Positions 1-13,224 of a stretch of DNA of 64,000 nt are shown piece by piece. The DNA is from Mustelus asterias (lineage: Eukaryota), in the NCBI RefSeq assembly GCF_964213995.1, contig NC_135805.1, positions 122,264,001 through 122,328,000 on the forward strand, given 5' to 3'. Every line of letters begins with the position of its first letter. The stretch's first letter is position 1. Both the position numbers and the translations under genes were made by a program. The notes beneath the pieces were generated by a model. That model had not been told where the DNA came from and searched no databases. It saw nothing but the letters and a program-made list of their open reading frames with translations.

Positions 1-870
1 TTAAAGTTCCATTGTGAACACACTACTTGCTCTGCTCTTCCTTTCAACCCTGCTCGCATTTTTTATTTTCTCACTTTCTCTACCTTTATCTACACTCTTC
101 ATTAATGTTCCTTGAGTTTTCCTTACATAATTTAATTCCCCTTTTGTGCTTTCACCATTCCTAGTTTCTTAAAAGGCATATCCCCTTTTCAGTGAAAAGA
201 ACTCTTGTTGCGCACGCATTTTAAAAAAAAACAAATATCCTGTTAACTTTTTTAAACTACTTCTTTGATTAAGTTTTGATTTTGTTCTCTTCCTTGAACA
301 TGTTCCTGTGCGTATTTTGATTTGTGTCTGTGATGTTTACTTTACTTCTTTAGTCCCTTCTCCCAACCACAATAACCCCTTAGGCCTAGAAAATGTGTTT
401 CCTAATGTTGGGAAATGCAGCTATAACATAACCCTGTCCTCTGGCATAAAAGTCCAATTACATTTGGATAACAGTCAAGCCCTAAGTCATATTGTCTCTG
501 CTGTATCTTTGGACCAAAGATGAGGAATAACTTTGATATTTAAGATGGATGTTATTCTGATTTCTAATATATTATAGTCAGTTTTTAAATCTATTATTTG
601 CTGATGAGCAGGAAAAGCTGTGAGGAAGCACCAAATCAAGTCAGAGACAGATGCTCAGCAGCAGAAAACTGGACCAAAAGTCCTAATGTCACTTTGAGTA
701 TTGAAGGGCTTCTTTCATATTATTTCCTCTTTCATGAAGAAAAATGTTCAAAGAGTGATTTTCCTCTGTTTTAAAACCGAGTAGCTTATAAATAATTTTA
801 ATTACTAAAAATATAAACATAATGCAAGCTTATTACCATTTCTTTTTTGTAAAATTGTTTAAGTCATTGA

Positions 871-1125
<255 letters not shown>

Positions 1126-1159
1126 TAATCCTTATATAGTTATTATTTAATACAGGCTA

Positions 1160-2770
1160 TTGGACTAGACGAGATTGAGGTTAATAAGGAGGAGGTGTTA
1201 GCAATTTTGGAAAGTGTGAAAATAGATAAATTCCCTGGGCCGGATGGGATTTATCCTAGGATTCTCTGGGAGGCTAGGGAGGAGATTGCAGAGCCTTTGG
1301 CTTTCATCTTTATGTCGTCATTGTCTACAGGAATAGTGCCAGAAGACTGGAGGATAGCAAATGTTGTCCCCTTGTTCAAGAAGGGGAGTAGAGACAAATC
1401 TGGTAATTATAGACCAGTGAGCCTTACTTCTGTTGTGGGCAAAGTTTTGGAAAGGATTATAAGAGATAGGATTTATAATCACCTGGAAAGGAATAATTTG
1501 ATTAGGGATAGTCAACACGGTTTTGTGAAGGGTAGGTCGTGCCTCACAAACCTTATTGAGTTCTTTGAGAAGGTGACCAAAGAGGTGGATAAGGGTAAAG
1601 CAGTTGATGTAGTGTATATGGATTTCAATAAAGCGTCTGATAAGGTTCCACACGGTAAGCTATTGCAGAAGATACGGAGGCATGGGATTGAGGGTGATTT
1701 AGCGGTTTGGATCAGGAATTGGCTAGCTGTAAGAAGACAGAGGGTGGTAGTTGATGGGAAATGTTCATCCTGGAGTTCAGTTACTAGTGGTGTACCGCAA
1801 GGATCTGTTTTGGGGCCACTGCTGTTTGTCACTTTTATAAATGACCTGGATGAGGGCGTAGAAGGATGGGTTAGTAAATTTGCGGATGACACTAAAGTCG
1901 GTGGAGTTGTGGACAGTGCGGAAGATTGTTGCAGGTTACAGAGAGACATAGATAAGTTGCAGCGCTGGACTGAGAGGTGGCAAATGGAGTTCAATGCCGA
2001 AAAGTGTGAGGTGATTCACTTTGGAAGGAGTAACAGGAATACAGAGTACTGGGCTAATGGTAAGATACTTGGTAGTGTGGATGAACAGAGAGATCTCGGT
2101 GTGCGTGTGCATAGATCCCTGAAAGTTGGCACCCAGGTTGATAGGGTTGTTAAGGTGGCGTACGGAGTGTTAGCTTTTATTGGTAGAGGGATTGAGTTTC
2201 GGAGCCAGGAGGTCATGTTGTAGCTGTACAAAACTCTGGTGCGGCCGCACTTGGGAGTATTGCGTACAGTTCTGGTTGCCGTATTATAGGAAAGATGTGG
2301 AAGCGTTGGAAAGGGTGCAGAGGAGATTTACCCGGATGTTGCCTGGTGGAAGATCGTATGAGGAAAGGCTGAGGGACTTGGGGTTGTTTTCGTTAGAGAG
2401 AAGAAGGTTAAGAGGTGACTTAATAGAGGCATACAAGATGATCAGAGGGTTAGACAGGGTGGATCGTGAGAATCTTTTTCTTTGGATGGTGATGGCTAGC
2501 ACGAGGGGACATAGCTTTAAAGTGAGGGGTCACAGATATAGGACAGATGTTAGAGGTAGGTTCTTTACTCAGAGAGTAGTAAGGGCGTGGAATGCCCTGC
2601 CTGCAGCAGTAGCGGACTCGCCAACATTAAGGGCATTTAAATGGTCATTGGATAAACATATGGATGATATTGGAATAGTGTAGGTTAGATGGGCTTTAGA
2701 TTGGTTTCACTGGTCGGTGCAACATCGAGGGCCGAAGGGCCTGTACTGCGCTGTAATGTTCTATGTTCTA
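1160..2770 (+). mobile_element. 5'-truncated CR1/HER1 LINE (subfamily A), RT domain with stop and frameshift
   Basis: ORFs 1195-2223 and 2180-2683 carry PGPDG, NYRPVSL, GVPQGSVLGP and FADDTK. Has the CR1 3' UTR (gggccgaagggcctgt) and a (tgttcta)n tail. Confidence 0.95.
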
Positions 2771-5700
2771 TTATCTAAATGCACTGTTTTTCTAATGGTT
2801 TGGAGCAGCATTTTAAACATCCACGCTAATGCTGCTGAGTGCATTGCAGGTTACCTGAGGCAGTTCAATGTGCAAATGAGTAAATAATTAATGGTATAAG
2901 TTAACCATCGTCCTAAATCCACCTTCCTCCACTGAAAAGTTGTCTTGTTGACAGCAGACTGAAAAAGGACCATTCCTATTTGGATTAGTTCACCAAATCG
3001 TCTGTCTAGGAATGAAGGTAAGTGCTGCCAGATTGACAGGGCCATCCTTCCCTTCCTAATTCTCTGGAAAAGGGCACTCCAACAACCTGGAAAAGATGGG
3101 ATGGGGACTGCAGAGGCCCACAAACCTTTCCCTATTCGTATGCGCCAAACCATCCAGTTTTTCTTGCTGCAAGTCCCTTGAAGGCATGTCTGCAATGAAT
3201 AATGTCAAAATGTGTCTCACTGAACAATGCATTTCACCTTTCACAAAACCGTGACTGTTGCTGTGCTCAAAGCATCTCAAATTTAGTGTGAGCCAACCCC
3301 ATTTTAACTAGCCGCATGCAATGTTGGACATTCCCTCTGCTGCATCTAATACCTTTGTGCAATACTGTTTTTTAAATCTCTCTCTGTCTCTCTTGCTCTC
3401 CCAGGGTTTTTGGGCCCTTTTTGAGTTTTCACTTTTTGTGCCGATACATGGGACGTTTGTCTTCAGTTCGAAATCCCATTGGTCATGTGCATGGCCCTGA
3501 CCAACATACAAAATCTAAACTGCACACGTGCAGCTCTTTCCCAGCTGGCACATGCTTGGGGTCCCAAACTCCGTCGGGTCTTGGGAGATGCCGACCACAA
3601 AGCTGAAGACGAAGATTAGTTTTAGTTTAATTACATGAATTTTGATTCATTTTGAATCTTTTTTCAGTGCCACTGGTTGGGAACCACTGATTCAGGTCAT
3701 TCATTCGAGTTGAAGTAAAAGGAGGGACAACTAAAAGTTAATTGTAACTATCTCGCATCAGCAGCAGGTTGAAAAAGCAATGGTACAAAATTTCTAACTG
3801 CATATCTGTTGGCCCACACAGACTTTGTAAGTTCTCCCTGGACCTTTCCAAATGAGTAGTGTCAGAACCATGGACTGCCACTTCATTGCATGTTCTTGTT
3901 TGCCATTGGCTCCAGACATTTTGACTGGAACTTCTAGAGATAACCTTAACTATTACCAGACTTACAAACCATGAGATCTGATTCTGTATTAATTTTGCTT
4001 ACTGCGAGTCAAACGAGGAACCACTGCCTCTTGTGCGCTCACCAAGCTGTCACTCCAGGCAGCAAGAAAGTACATCACTTCAGTTTGGAGCAGCCCGAAA
4101 CACTAATTACCACCTCTTCCTATTGATTTACTTCATTGCAGTGTTAGTGTATGCCTATTGTGACAGTAATAAATAAACTGATCCTCCCTCATCACAGAAT
4201 AGGCAAGGCCCTGATACTAATCTGCCATTGGGGAAAGGCAAGAAGAGTGAGAAAAAAATCTTTGATCCATTTCTTTCTCAGCCAAGCCAAAGCAGAAGGT
4301 CAGTGTGGGGGACTATATATAAAGACACTGATATAAATGAGCAACCTGCAGTTTAATGTGCATGTGTGAATACTGTATAAGAGTCTCAGTGTTAAGTGTT
4401 TACAGGTACCAACAGACCTAATACATACTACCGTGCAGTGTTTATGCAACACAGCAATAACAACATAAAAATGTTTGCGAGGGGAATAAAACAAAGAAAA
4501 AGGATGACTGAGCTGATGTGCCACCTCTCTTTGTTACCGAACTGCAGAATGGTCATTTATATCTGTGCATTTCCCCCACGCTGACTTTCTGTTTTGACTT
4601 GGCTAAGAAAGAGATAGATCAAAGATGTTTCTCACTCTTCTTGCCTTTCTCCAGTGGCAGCACCAAACAGGGTGGAGAATATTTCTGGCTCATTTACCCT
4701 CTGCCATTATTTTACAACTCCAGTAAACCAGTTCTAGTTACCCTTCATTGTAAACTACAAAATATCACAAATCAATCCCTATCACGTCTTATAAATTGAG
4801 ACTCGTTTTGTTGCTGAAATGTAGATGTAGCTGATATCCACGTACGTCAAATCCCATCCACTTAGTAAGCCTTTGTTTACTGACTGGAAAAGCAGATGCC
4901 TGATGTCTGAGCAGGATTTAGATGCTAAAGATACTAATTCTATAAATGGTTGCTTGCAATTTTTAGTTTTATCTTGCATTCAATAAACATTACATGGAAG
5001 TCCATTAAAGTTTTTTTTAATGTACAAAATAACACTCTGTTTGTCCAACATTTTAAATCCAACAAAATACATGTACTTACTACAGTTCAACCTGTTTTGT
5101 GGACAGTATAAACTGGTTTTTGAGACTATTGAAGCAATAGTTCTTAATACTACATTAATGTAAGAGAATATTCTGAAATTTAAACAATTAGTTGGCAAAT
5201 AACAATTGACATAAACAAGGTTACAATTTTCTGCTATGTTGTTTATTTGCTATGAAGCAGAATGAGTAGAATCCCTGTTAAACTGACCTGGATTTTGCAA
5301 TCCTTGGTGAAGGAATGGCGCTTATTGTTCATTGTGCTTACCTGCCCACAGAATTTTCCGTGCTATTGAGCAACATTTTGCAGTTACTGAAGATCATTTC
5401 CTGCACTGTTTCCTGTGCGGGGGATCAATGGCAAATGAGCAGGGCAACCAATAGTGTGACCCTTTAACTAGTCAGACTGAAGGATCCTCACTGAGACACA
5501 CAGCGTATAAACCAGGAAGTATAAATTAGAATATTTAATACCATGTAAAATCTGGTACAGAAATCAAAATAAAGAAAGAGAAAAATGGGATTAAGAGAGT
5601 GAGAAAAGAGGCAGAGGTGAAGATACTTCCTTCAAAATCTCCAACAATAATTTAACTCTTGGAAGAATGAGATTTTGTAACTATGAAATTTACCTTTTGG

Positions 5701-6059
5701 GGCCAGAGGGATTGTTCTGTTCTAATTAAGACCTAATGACATTATTAAAGATTCACTCAGACTTGAATGCACCAGCCTAACTTTTTCGGTTGTGTTTAGT
5801 GGATTAAGCATTGCAATTAAACATCCTTGCATGTATTTAAATGCCAAATGTCTTGATGGGGTACTGGGGGAACAAAGCTTGTGGAGGAGCAGGGGAAATC
5901 AGCTTCCAGATTGCCACATTTAACTTTATTCCACATGAAACATGAAGATGGACGAAATACTGTTTAAAAATGAGCTAAAATGCCCATGCAAGTATGCATT
6001 GGGAGGGACCAGACATGAGGATTGCTGAAACATAATTACAGAAAAAAATTCAGGAGGAG

Positions 6060-6305
6060 GAAATAAAATCTGGAATTAAAAGCTAGTCTTAGTAATATTG
6101 ATGATGAAACCATTGTCGATTGTTGTAAAAATGTAATCACTTCATGCCCTTTAGACCAGGAAATCTAAATCCTTACCTGGTCGAGCTTACATGTGACTCC
6201 AGACCCAGAGCAATGTGGTTGGCTCTTGACTGCCCTTTGAAATGGCCCAGCAACCCACTCAGTTCAAGGGCAATTAATCCAAACATGCCCACATCTCATG
6301 AAAAA
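6060..6305 (+). mobile_element. 3' part of a SINE (same family as 44010-44335)
   Basis: Shares cagacccagagcaatgtggttggctcttgac...ccactcagttcaagggcaatta with the copy at 44010-44335. Confidence 0.6.
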
Positions 6306-6639
6306 AAATTTAAAAATCTTACTACAACTAATAAAGCTTTACAATTACAAATAAACTGCATGGAGCTAAATGAGCAAAATATTCACCAACAAATCGATTA
6401 CTCTGGAGCCACAGACTGGACTGGATTGGATAGCTCTTCTAGATGTTGCTGATTGTCTCCAGGTTCTCTTTTCATCCAAACCGCTAGGCATTGTTGAGTT
6501 CCTCCAGGTCCTCCTTTTGCCGGCTCTTGCAAAAGAATATATTGAACAAAATAAGCAAACTCAGAGGACAAAGTCCCTGGCCCTGATCGATTGCATACAT
6601 GTACTTTAGAAGAACTTAAGGAAGAGCATTAGTACTTCT

Positions 6640-8460
6640 AATTCATTAGAAAAGGGTACAATCCCAGAGGACTGGTGGATTGCTAACACAATTCCTATAT
6701 TTAAGAAGGGGAATAGAATATATCCAGTGAAATATAGACAAGTCAGTTTAACATCAATGTTAGGAAAAATGATGGAATCCTTGGCAAAAGAGAGAACATA
6801 AGAAATCTAGAAATGAAAAATATAATAATCAGTAGTCAGTGTGGATTTGAAAAGGGAAAATCTTACCTGATCAACCTTATTAATTTTTTTGGGGAGGTAA
6901 CAATGGTAATGTGGTAGATCCAATTGTCCGTATTTTCAAAAGGCCTTCAATTAGGTGGCTCATAATAGACTAACGAATAAGATCAAAGAATGTGGGGACA
7001 AGTGACAAAATGGATTGTTAGTTGGCTTCAAGACAGAAAGCAAAGATTATGTGTGTAAGGATCAGAAAGGCAGAATGTGCGTGTTCCACGATGATGGTGC
7101 TGGGACAATTGTTATTCAAAATTTGCTTTAGTGAGTTGGATATTGGAATCAAAAATACAATTTCTAAATTGGTGGATGGCTCTACATTGGGGTGGGGCAA
7201 CATAGTCAATACTGGAGAGGACTTCAATAAATGACAGGAGGACATTAACGAACTCTCAGAATGGATATATATTTGGAAAATAGCGCACAACACCGATAAC
7301 TGTGTGGTAACACATTTTTGATGGGAAGAATAGGGGGAGGGTTACTTATTATTTGGAAATGCAAGATTAAGTGGGGTAGAGAAACAAAGGGGATCTTGAT
7401 ACAAATACACCAATTAGTAAATGTTGTGCCACAGGTTGGCAACGTCTTAAAAATGCAAACCATGCACCAGACTACAAAAAGTCGTGAATGTCGCCCAATC
7501 CATCACGCAAACCAGCCTCCCATCCATTGACTCTGTCTACACTTCCCACTGCCTCGGCAAAGCAGCCAGCATAATTAAGGACCCTAAGCACCCCGGACAT
7601 TCTCTCTTCCACCTTATTCCTTCGGGAAAAAGATACAAAAGTCTGAGGTCACATACCAACCGACTCAAGAGCAGCAGCTTCCCTGCTGCTGTCAGACTTT
7701 TGAGTGGACTTACCTCGCATTAAGTTGATCTTTCTCTACACCCTAACTATGACTGTAACACCACATTCTCCACTCTCTCGATTCCTTCTCTATGAACGAT
7801 ATATTTTGTCTGTATAGCGCGCAAGAACAGTCGTTTTCTGTATGTTAATACATGTGATAATAAATCAAATCAAAAGACTTCATTTTAAGAAAGATAGAAC
7901 TGAAAAGTAGGGAAGATATGCTAAACCTGAATAAAAACATAGACCTCACTTGGAGTAGTGTGTGCCATTCTTGTTGCCATATAGAGGCAAAAGAGAGGGT
8001 AGAGAAAAGATTGACAAGGATGATACCAGAAATCCATGGCTATACATATCAGGAAAGCATTGACAGGCTGCACCTCTCCTCTCTTTAAATCGAAAACTGA
8101 GGATTGAGCTAAAGAGGTCTTTAAATTTCTGAAAGATTTTGATAGAGTAGATGCAGAGAAAATGTTTCTGCTTGAGGAAGATTATAACTAGAAGCTGTTA
8201 ATATAAGATAGTCACCAAGAAATCCAATAGGGAATTCAAGAGAAACTTCTTCACCCAAGTGGGTTGAAGTGAATAGTATAGATGCATTTGAGGGGGACCT
8301 AGACAGTGTCAGAGAGGGAAGAGAATTGAGGGCTATGGTGGTGAATTTAGGTGCAAAAAGATGGGAAGAGACTCAGGTGGAGCATAAACCCAGGCATGGA
8401 CTGGTTGGGCTACGTGGCCTGTTTCTCTGCTGTAAATCCTAGATAATCCTGTATAATCCT
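6640..8460 (+). mobile_element. Old degenerate CR1 LINE, interrupted by a Rex1 fragment
   Basis: Decayed IPEDW..AN..PIFKKG and KGKSYLINL motifs, and a CR1-like 3' UTR near 8395-8460. Confidence 0.8.
7470..7875 (+). mobile_element. Rex1/Babar-type LINE 3' fragment
   Basis: ORF 7484-7723 (AASIIKDPKHPGHSLF..LPSGKRY-like) and tail aataaatcaaatcaaa. Homologous to 63340-63740. Confidence 0.85.
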
Positions 8461-9116
8461 AAATAAACTGTGAATGTGATGACGCCAAAAGTTGCTGTCT
8501 GATTTACTTTATAATAATGGTGAGCACTATCGTCCCACCATTATTTCTACTGCAAAATCTGGGCCATTGCAATTTTTTTCAATGAAGTACTGTTTGGCTT
8601 CCTTCCATGTCAGTAATCTGTGCTACTAGCATTGAGAGCCATATAAATTGAGTCTCACATTAGGTGGCCACTACAGCCTGGGAGATTTATTTTTCCTGTC
8701 TCAAGTATACATTCTAAATATTAACATCTCTTAGCAACTGCTCAAGATGCACTGAGCTTTGTGTGATATTACAATGATTGCATTAAACTTTTATTGTAGC
8801 TTAGAAAGCAAGTTTGCTGTCTTCTAGTCAGCGGTCTATTAAGTTTCATTGGAGCAATTTATTCTAATTCAATCTCCTTGCTCTTTTACCCTAATCTCTT
8901 TGTGTTTAGCTATTACTCATTTAAATAAAATTGACATGGTTTCAGTGGTCATTTATAGTCTTTCAGGGATATGAAAATTAAATGGGTTTAACACTGTGGC
9001 TCAAATAAAAGTGTATTCCTTTCCTATTTCAAATATGCTACCCTTCCTGTTGTTCCATTAATCTCTTTTCTGAAGAGTTGAGACCAGACACACTTATGCC
9101 TGGTGTCTAATTCCTT

Positions 9117-9549
9117 AGTAAGAAGTTTAACAACACCAGGTTAAAGTCCAACAGGTTTATTTGGTAGCAAAAGCCACACAAGCTTTCGGAGCTGCAAGCC
9201 CCTTCTGCAGGTGAGTGGGAATTCTGTTCACAAACAGAGCATATAAAGACACAGACTCAATTTACATGAATAATGGTTGGAATGCGAATACTTACAACTA
9301 ATTAAGTCTTTAAGAAACGACTGAGCAGAAACTGATAGCCAAGTTCCGCACACACGAGGACGGCCTCAACCGGGATATTGGGTTCATGTCCCACTATTTG
9401 TAACCCCCACAGAGTTTCACTGGCTGTCTTGTCTGGAGACAATACACATCTTTTTAGCCTGTCTTGATGCTCTCTCCACTCATGTTGTTTTGTTTCTTAA
9501 AGACTTGATTAGTTGTAAGTATTCGCATTCCAACCATTATTCATGTAAA
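9117..9549. mobile_element. Penelope-like element fragment with internal inversion
   Basis: 9117-9318 is the terminal repeat on the - strand. 9319-9549 on the + strand encodes EQKLIAKFRTHEDGLNRDIGFMSHYL*, the same GIY-YIG ORF end as at 24170-24260. Inverted arms at 9261-9318 and 9492-9549. Confidence 0.85.
9177..9213 (-). ncRNA. Minimal type-I hammerhead ribozyme motif (core mutated)
   Basis: Minus strand reads CAC-CUGCAGA-A-GGGGC-uugca-GCUCC-GAAA-GCUU-GUG. Stems I and II pair, but the core is CUGCAGA instead of CUGANGA. Confidence 0.65.
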
Positions 9550-9961
9550 GCCTTTAACTATCTGTCTTGTTCGTATCCCCTTAGGTGACTTTTTGGCTTT
9601 TTAACACTCTTGTGAAGCACCTCAGATGCTTTGCTACATTAAAAGGTGCTGGAAGTCATAGAGAGAGAGAGAGACAAGTCCCACTTGTTGTTTCCATTTA
9701 ATTTGGAATAACTCTCAGAACTATAAGATTTGTAGGAGTTTGACATTGCCTACCCCACAGAAAATTATGAACTTGAAAATACGCATGTACTTAAACAGAA
9801 CTGCCCCTTGGTATCACAGTAAGTAAGAAAAGAAAATGTTCACCAGAATCAACAAAAGATTTCTTGTTATTTGGGTGCTGGTCATTGGATAGCTTCCAAT
9901 GCGGCAAATGAGTTCCTGTTGGAACCACCTGCTGTTTACTAATTGTGCATTTAATGTCTAG

Positions 9962-10120
<159 letters not shown>

Positions 10121-10367
10121 AGTTTTACCTCAAACTCACCTCGTGTGTCTCCCTGACTGTGTAAACATTAATGTTAACCCATCCTTGGAACTGTTCCAGT
10201 CTGTGTGTACACACCAACCCCACCTGATTTTGTTTCTTCATGTCAACAATGTTTATAATAACTGCAACCTGGAAGAAAGTGCCTTGTTTCCACCAGTGAT
10301 TGCACCCATCTGCCCATGTTTTCTCATGTCATGTTTTTCTTGAAAGAACTATTCATCTTTTTATATA

Positions 10368-10398
<31 letters not shown>

Positions 10399-11650
10399 GG
10401 TAGATGCACTGCTGTATAGAATTAGAAATCCTTGCATAAAATTTTGTTATACACAGGGTGAATGCATTTTTTAAAAAGAAGTATATTTTTGGGGGTTGTT
10501 TGTCCAGCTATTTGGACCTGCTGAAAAATAATTGTACAGTTTTATGTGAAATTTGATACTTTTATACGGTTTGGCAGCTTGGATTGTGTAAATTTTAAAC
10601 TTTTTGTACAGCAAGTTTAATAATAGGTAATGCAAGTTTCTGAATCTCAAGAGCTGTGGTACACGTTTTTGGTAGCTGTAGAAATCAATTCTTTGTTTCC
10701 CAAATCATCTGCATTCTGTGTTCAAACTGTTGGACTACTCACTTGTGTCTCTTACCCCACCCTCCCGCTCCATGTTGTAAGCCAAGTCTTTGGTGTGATA
10801 TACCAATAACACAAAGCTATTTTTCTCCTTGGGATGGTCTTACAGTAGTTAGACATTTTTTTTTGCGGGGCACAAGAAAAAAACACTACATTGGAGGTGT
10901 ACACATCAGAAGTCGAAGGTTTGTCGTAACTTTTAACTCTTGCCCTGCTGAATAACCAGAATTTGCACCAAATGAATATGCTGTGATGAACACCCTAAAG
11001 GGTTAATTCTAAGCAATGTAACCAATCCCCTTCCATCATATTCCTTTGCCAGGCACTGCATGTTCTTTAGACTGGAATTTTAACTACTGCTGCACAGTTG
11101 CAAACAGTTTTATGATGAGTGAAACTTGGGGCCCAGTCTGGACATACTTTTTTGTTGATCACATACTGCACAAGAAATTTGATGATTTGTTTTACAATAA
11201 GTGAAGACTTTGTGCTGGGCAAAGATAACCACTGATGAATAAAATTTGGCAATAGGCTTTCAAATGAGCAGGTCGTTTTCTGGTTTGATTTATTTTTTGG
11301 TGGTGCTGAGATGTATTGAATTGATACCAGGGTGTGTAATCTTAGGTTGAGACTGCCAGTCAGGCGAACCATAGAAGTGGGTGGTTTCATGATCATTTTG
11401 GTCATTGTCTGAAGAGAGATTGTTACTGGTTTGAAGTCACTCCTTGTTGTCTGTTCAGAGTGTACCCTGACCCACTTTCATTTCGGCGATTACGTTGATG
11501 ACTCTTTTTGTTCACTTTAGTCCTGTATCTGGAAACTGGTACGATGGGTTTGTATTGAATCATTGATCTGCTTGTTTGATAAACTAGCTACATTTCATGT
11601 ATTTTTGCCTAATAAACGTGATTAATTTTTGTACGAATCTATGAAAAAAA
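10121..11650 (+). other. LRRC1: Probable LRRC1 3' UTR
   Basis: Transposon-free AT/GT-rich sequence after the stop. AATAAA at 11238-11243 and 11611-11616, the latter followed by U/GU-rich sequence. The true end cannot be proven from DNA. Confidence 0.5.
10373..10398. repeat. (TA)n microsatellite
   Basis: Read directly from the sequence. Confidence 0.95.
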
Positions 11651-12318
11651 ACAAATGTTTTAAAATTAGTGCGCTTTGAAAAAAATCTAAGTTCCGTGTT
11701 CTGCAGGTTTTTGAACTGTATGTTTACCGGCTAGGGATTGGCTCTCTTGACTTGTGTATCTCCTTTGTTAGTATGTGCAGTAGTTTTGTTGTTTTCTTTT
11801 CCTCTCCAGCTTTTCAGTAACAACTGGATCTTTTTTCATTTGGTAGTTTTGACAGTTGCTTCAGATCTTTAATTGACTACAGGAAAAATTCTGTGTGTGG
11901 TTTATGTTATAATTATATTTCAATTGCATCATTGAACTGCCTTTCAACTTAATTGGTATTTATGAGCTCCTGTTGACACCAATTTGCTCCCTTGCTGCAG
12001 TTTTGCTAACTTCTTCAAAGAAGAAACTTTAGTTTACATAATCATGGTTTATACTCAAGTACCTCATTAATGGAAAAATGAACAAATTATTCTGATGTTG
12101 GGTTCTGCGTTCTGAAATTTGTAGGAAGTCCATTATTTTCCCCATGTGCTTTATTTTGAACAAAAAGTTGTTTACGGGCTTGCGATCAGCACTTGCTGCT
12201 CCTCAAGATTAGCAGTGATATCACCCATGACTTTCAGCGTGAATATCATGCTCAACCTTCCTGTCTCTACTTTGGCCATCTTGTCTTTGGCTTGAAAATG
12301 TTTGGCGTGAATCCTTTA

Positions 12319-12626
12319 GGGCAGCACAGTGGTTAGCACTGCTGCCTCAGTGCCAGGGACCCTGGTACAATTCCAGCCTCTGGCCATTATGTGGAATTTG
12401 CACATTCTCCCCATGTCTGCGTGGGTTTCCTCAGGGTGCTCCGGTTTCCTCCCACACTCCAAAGATGTGCAGATTAGGTGGATTGACTGTTCTAAATTAA
12501 CCCTTGTGTCGGGACTAGCAGGGTAACTATGTGGGTTTATGGGAATAGGGTCTGGGTGGGATTGTGGTTGGTGCAGACTCGATGGGCCGAATGGCCTCCT
12601 CCTGCACTGTAGGGATTCTATGATTC
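12319..12626 (+). mobile_element. HE1-type tRNA-derived V-SINE
   Basis: Head gggcagcacagtggttagcactgctgcctca, V-domain gtgggtttcctc.gggtgctccggtttcctccc, CR1-derived tail gatgggccgaatggcctcc...gggattctatgatt. Confidence 0.9.
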
Positions 12627-13224
12627 CGTTCTTTCATTAGAGCTTTTTGTTTTGGTTCAAAAAAAATTACCTCCGTGCATCCGGGACTTCAATATGTGTT
12701 CCTAAGTTAGGACTAATTAACTCTTGGCTTCTTCATATGTGAGGAGTCTGACTTTCTAACTGAATCTAAAATTACGCTCTCCTAGGCACTCCTAAGTAAA
12801 GGAACAATTAGTTTATACAAGTGGCTATTGCATTTGGCCACTAATCCATGCCATGGTGGACTCGTTCTTGTATTGTCTTGTATGACGAGGGACAAAACAT
12901 CAAACATGTTTCAAAACGAATATAGTTTGATTAGCTTACACACCAGAATCATCATTTTGGTAGTTGCTGTTGGGTCTCTTGTATTTCACAGCATTGGAAT
13001 ATCTGCAACAATATCTAATGAAGCAAAAACTTTGGCATGCACTTCAGAAGGTTCACTATCTTGATCATTACTCTTTCATCTGGAACTTTACCTAAACTAA
13101 CACTCATGGTTCTGAACAGATCTTTGTGGGTTGATGCCACTTTACTGTATTCTCTTGACTCCTCATTTTTCAGAGTTTATCAACTCACTCAGTCCAAACC
13201 AGAATTTAAATAGAATTAAATTTA

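Noticed and set aside
308-523. ORF containing LHLDNSQAL, faintly like the LRRC1 WLSDNQSQPL segment
   Set aside because: No extended similarity and no convincing splice sites. The real upstream exon is probably outside the window.
1318-2502. Antisense and alternative-frame ORFs over CR1, SINE and Gypsy copies throughout the window
   Set aside because: Shadow ORFs of repeats that recur with each copy, not independent genes.
3275-3690. Possible hAT-type MITE (ggttgggaaccactg at the right end)
   Set aside because: The left terminus is too degenerate and no 8-bp TSD was found.
12319-12400. tRNA-like heads of SINEs as tRNA genes
   Set aside because: They run directly into SINE bodies and lack a complete cloverleaf.
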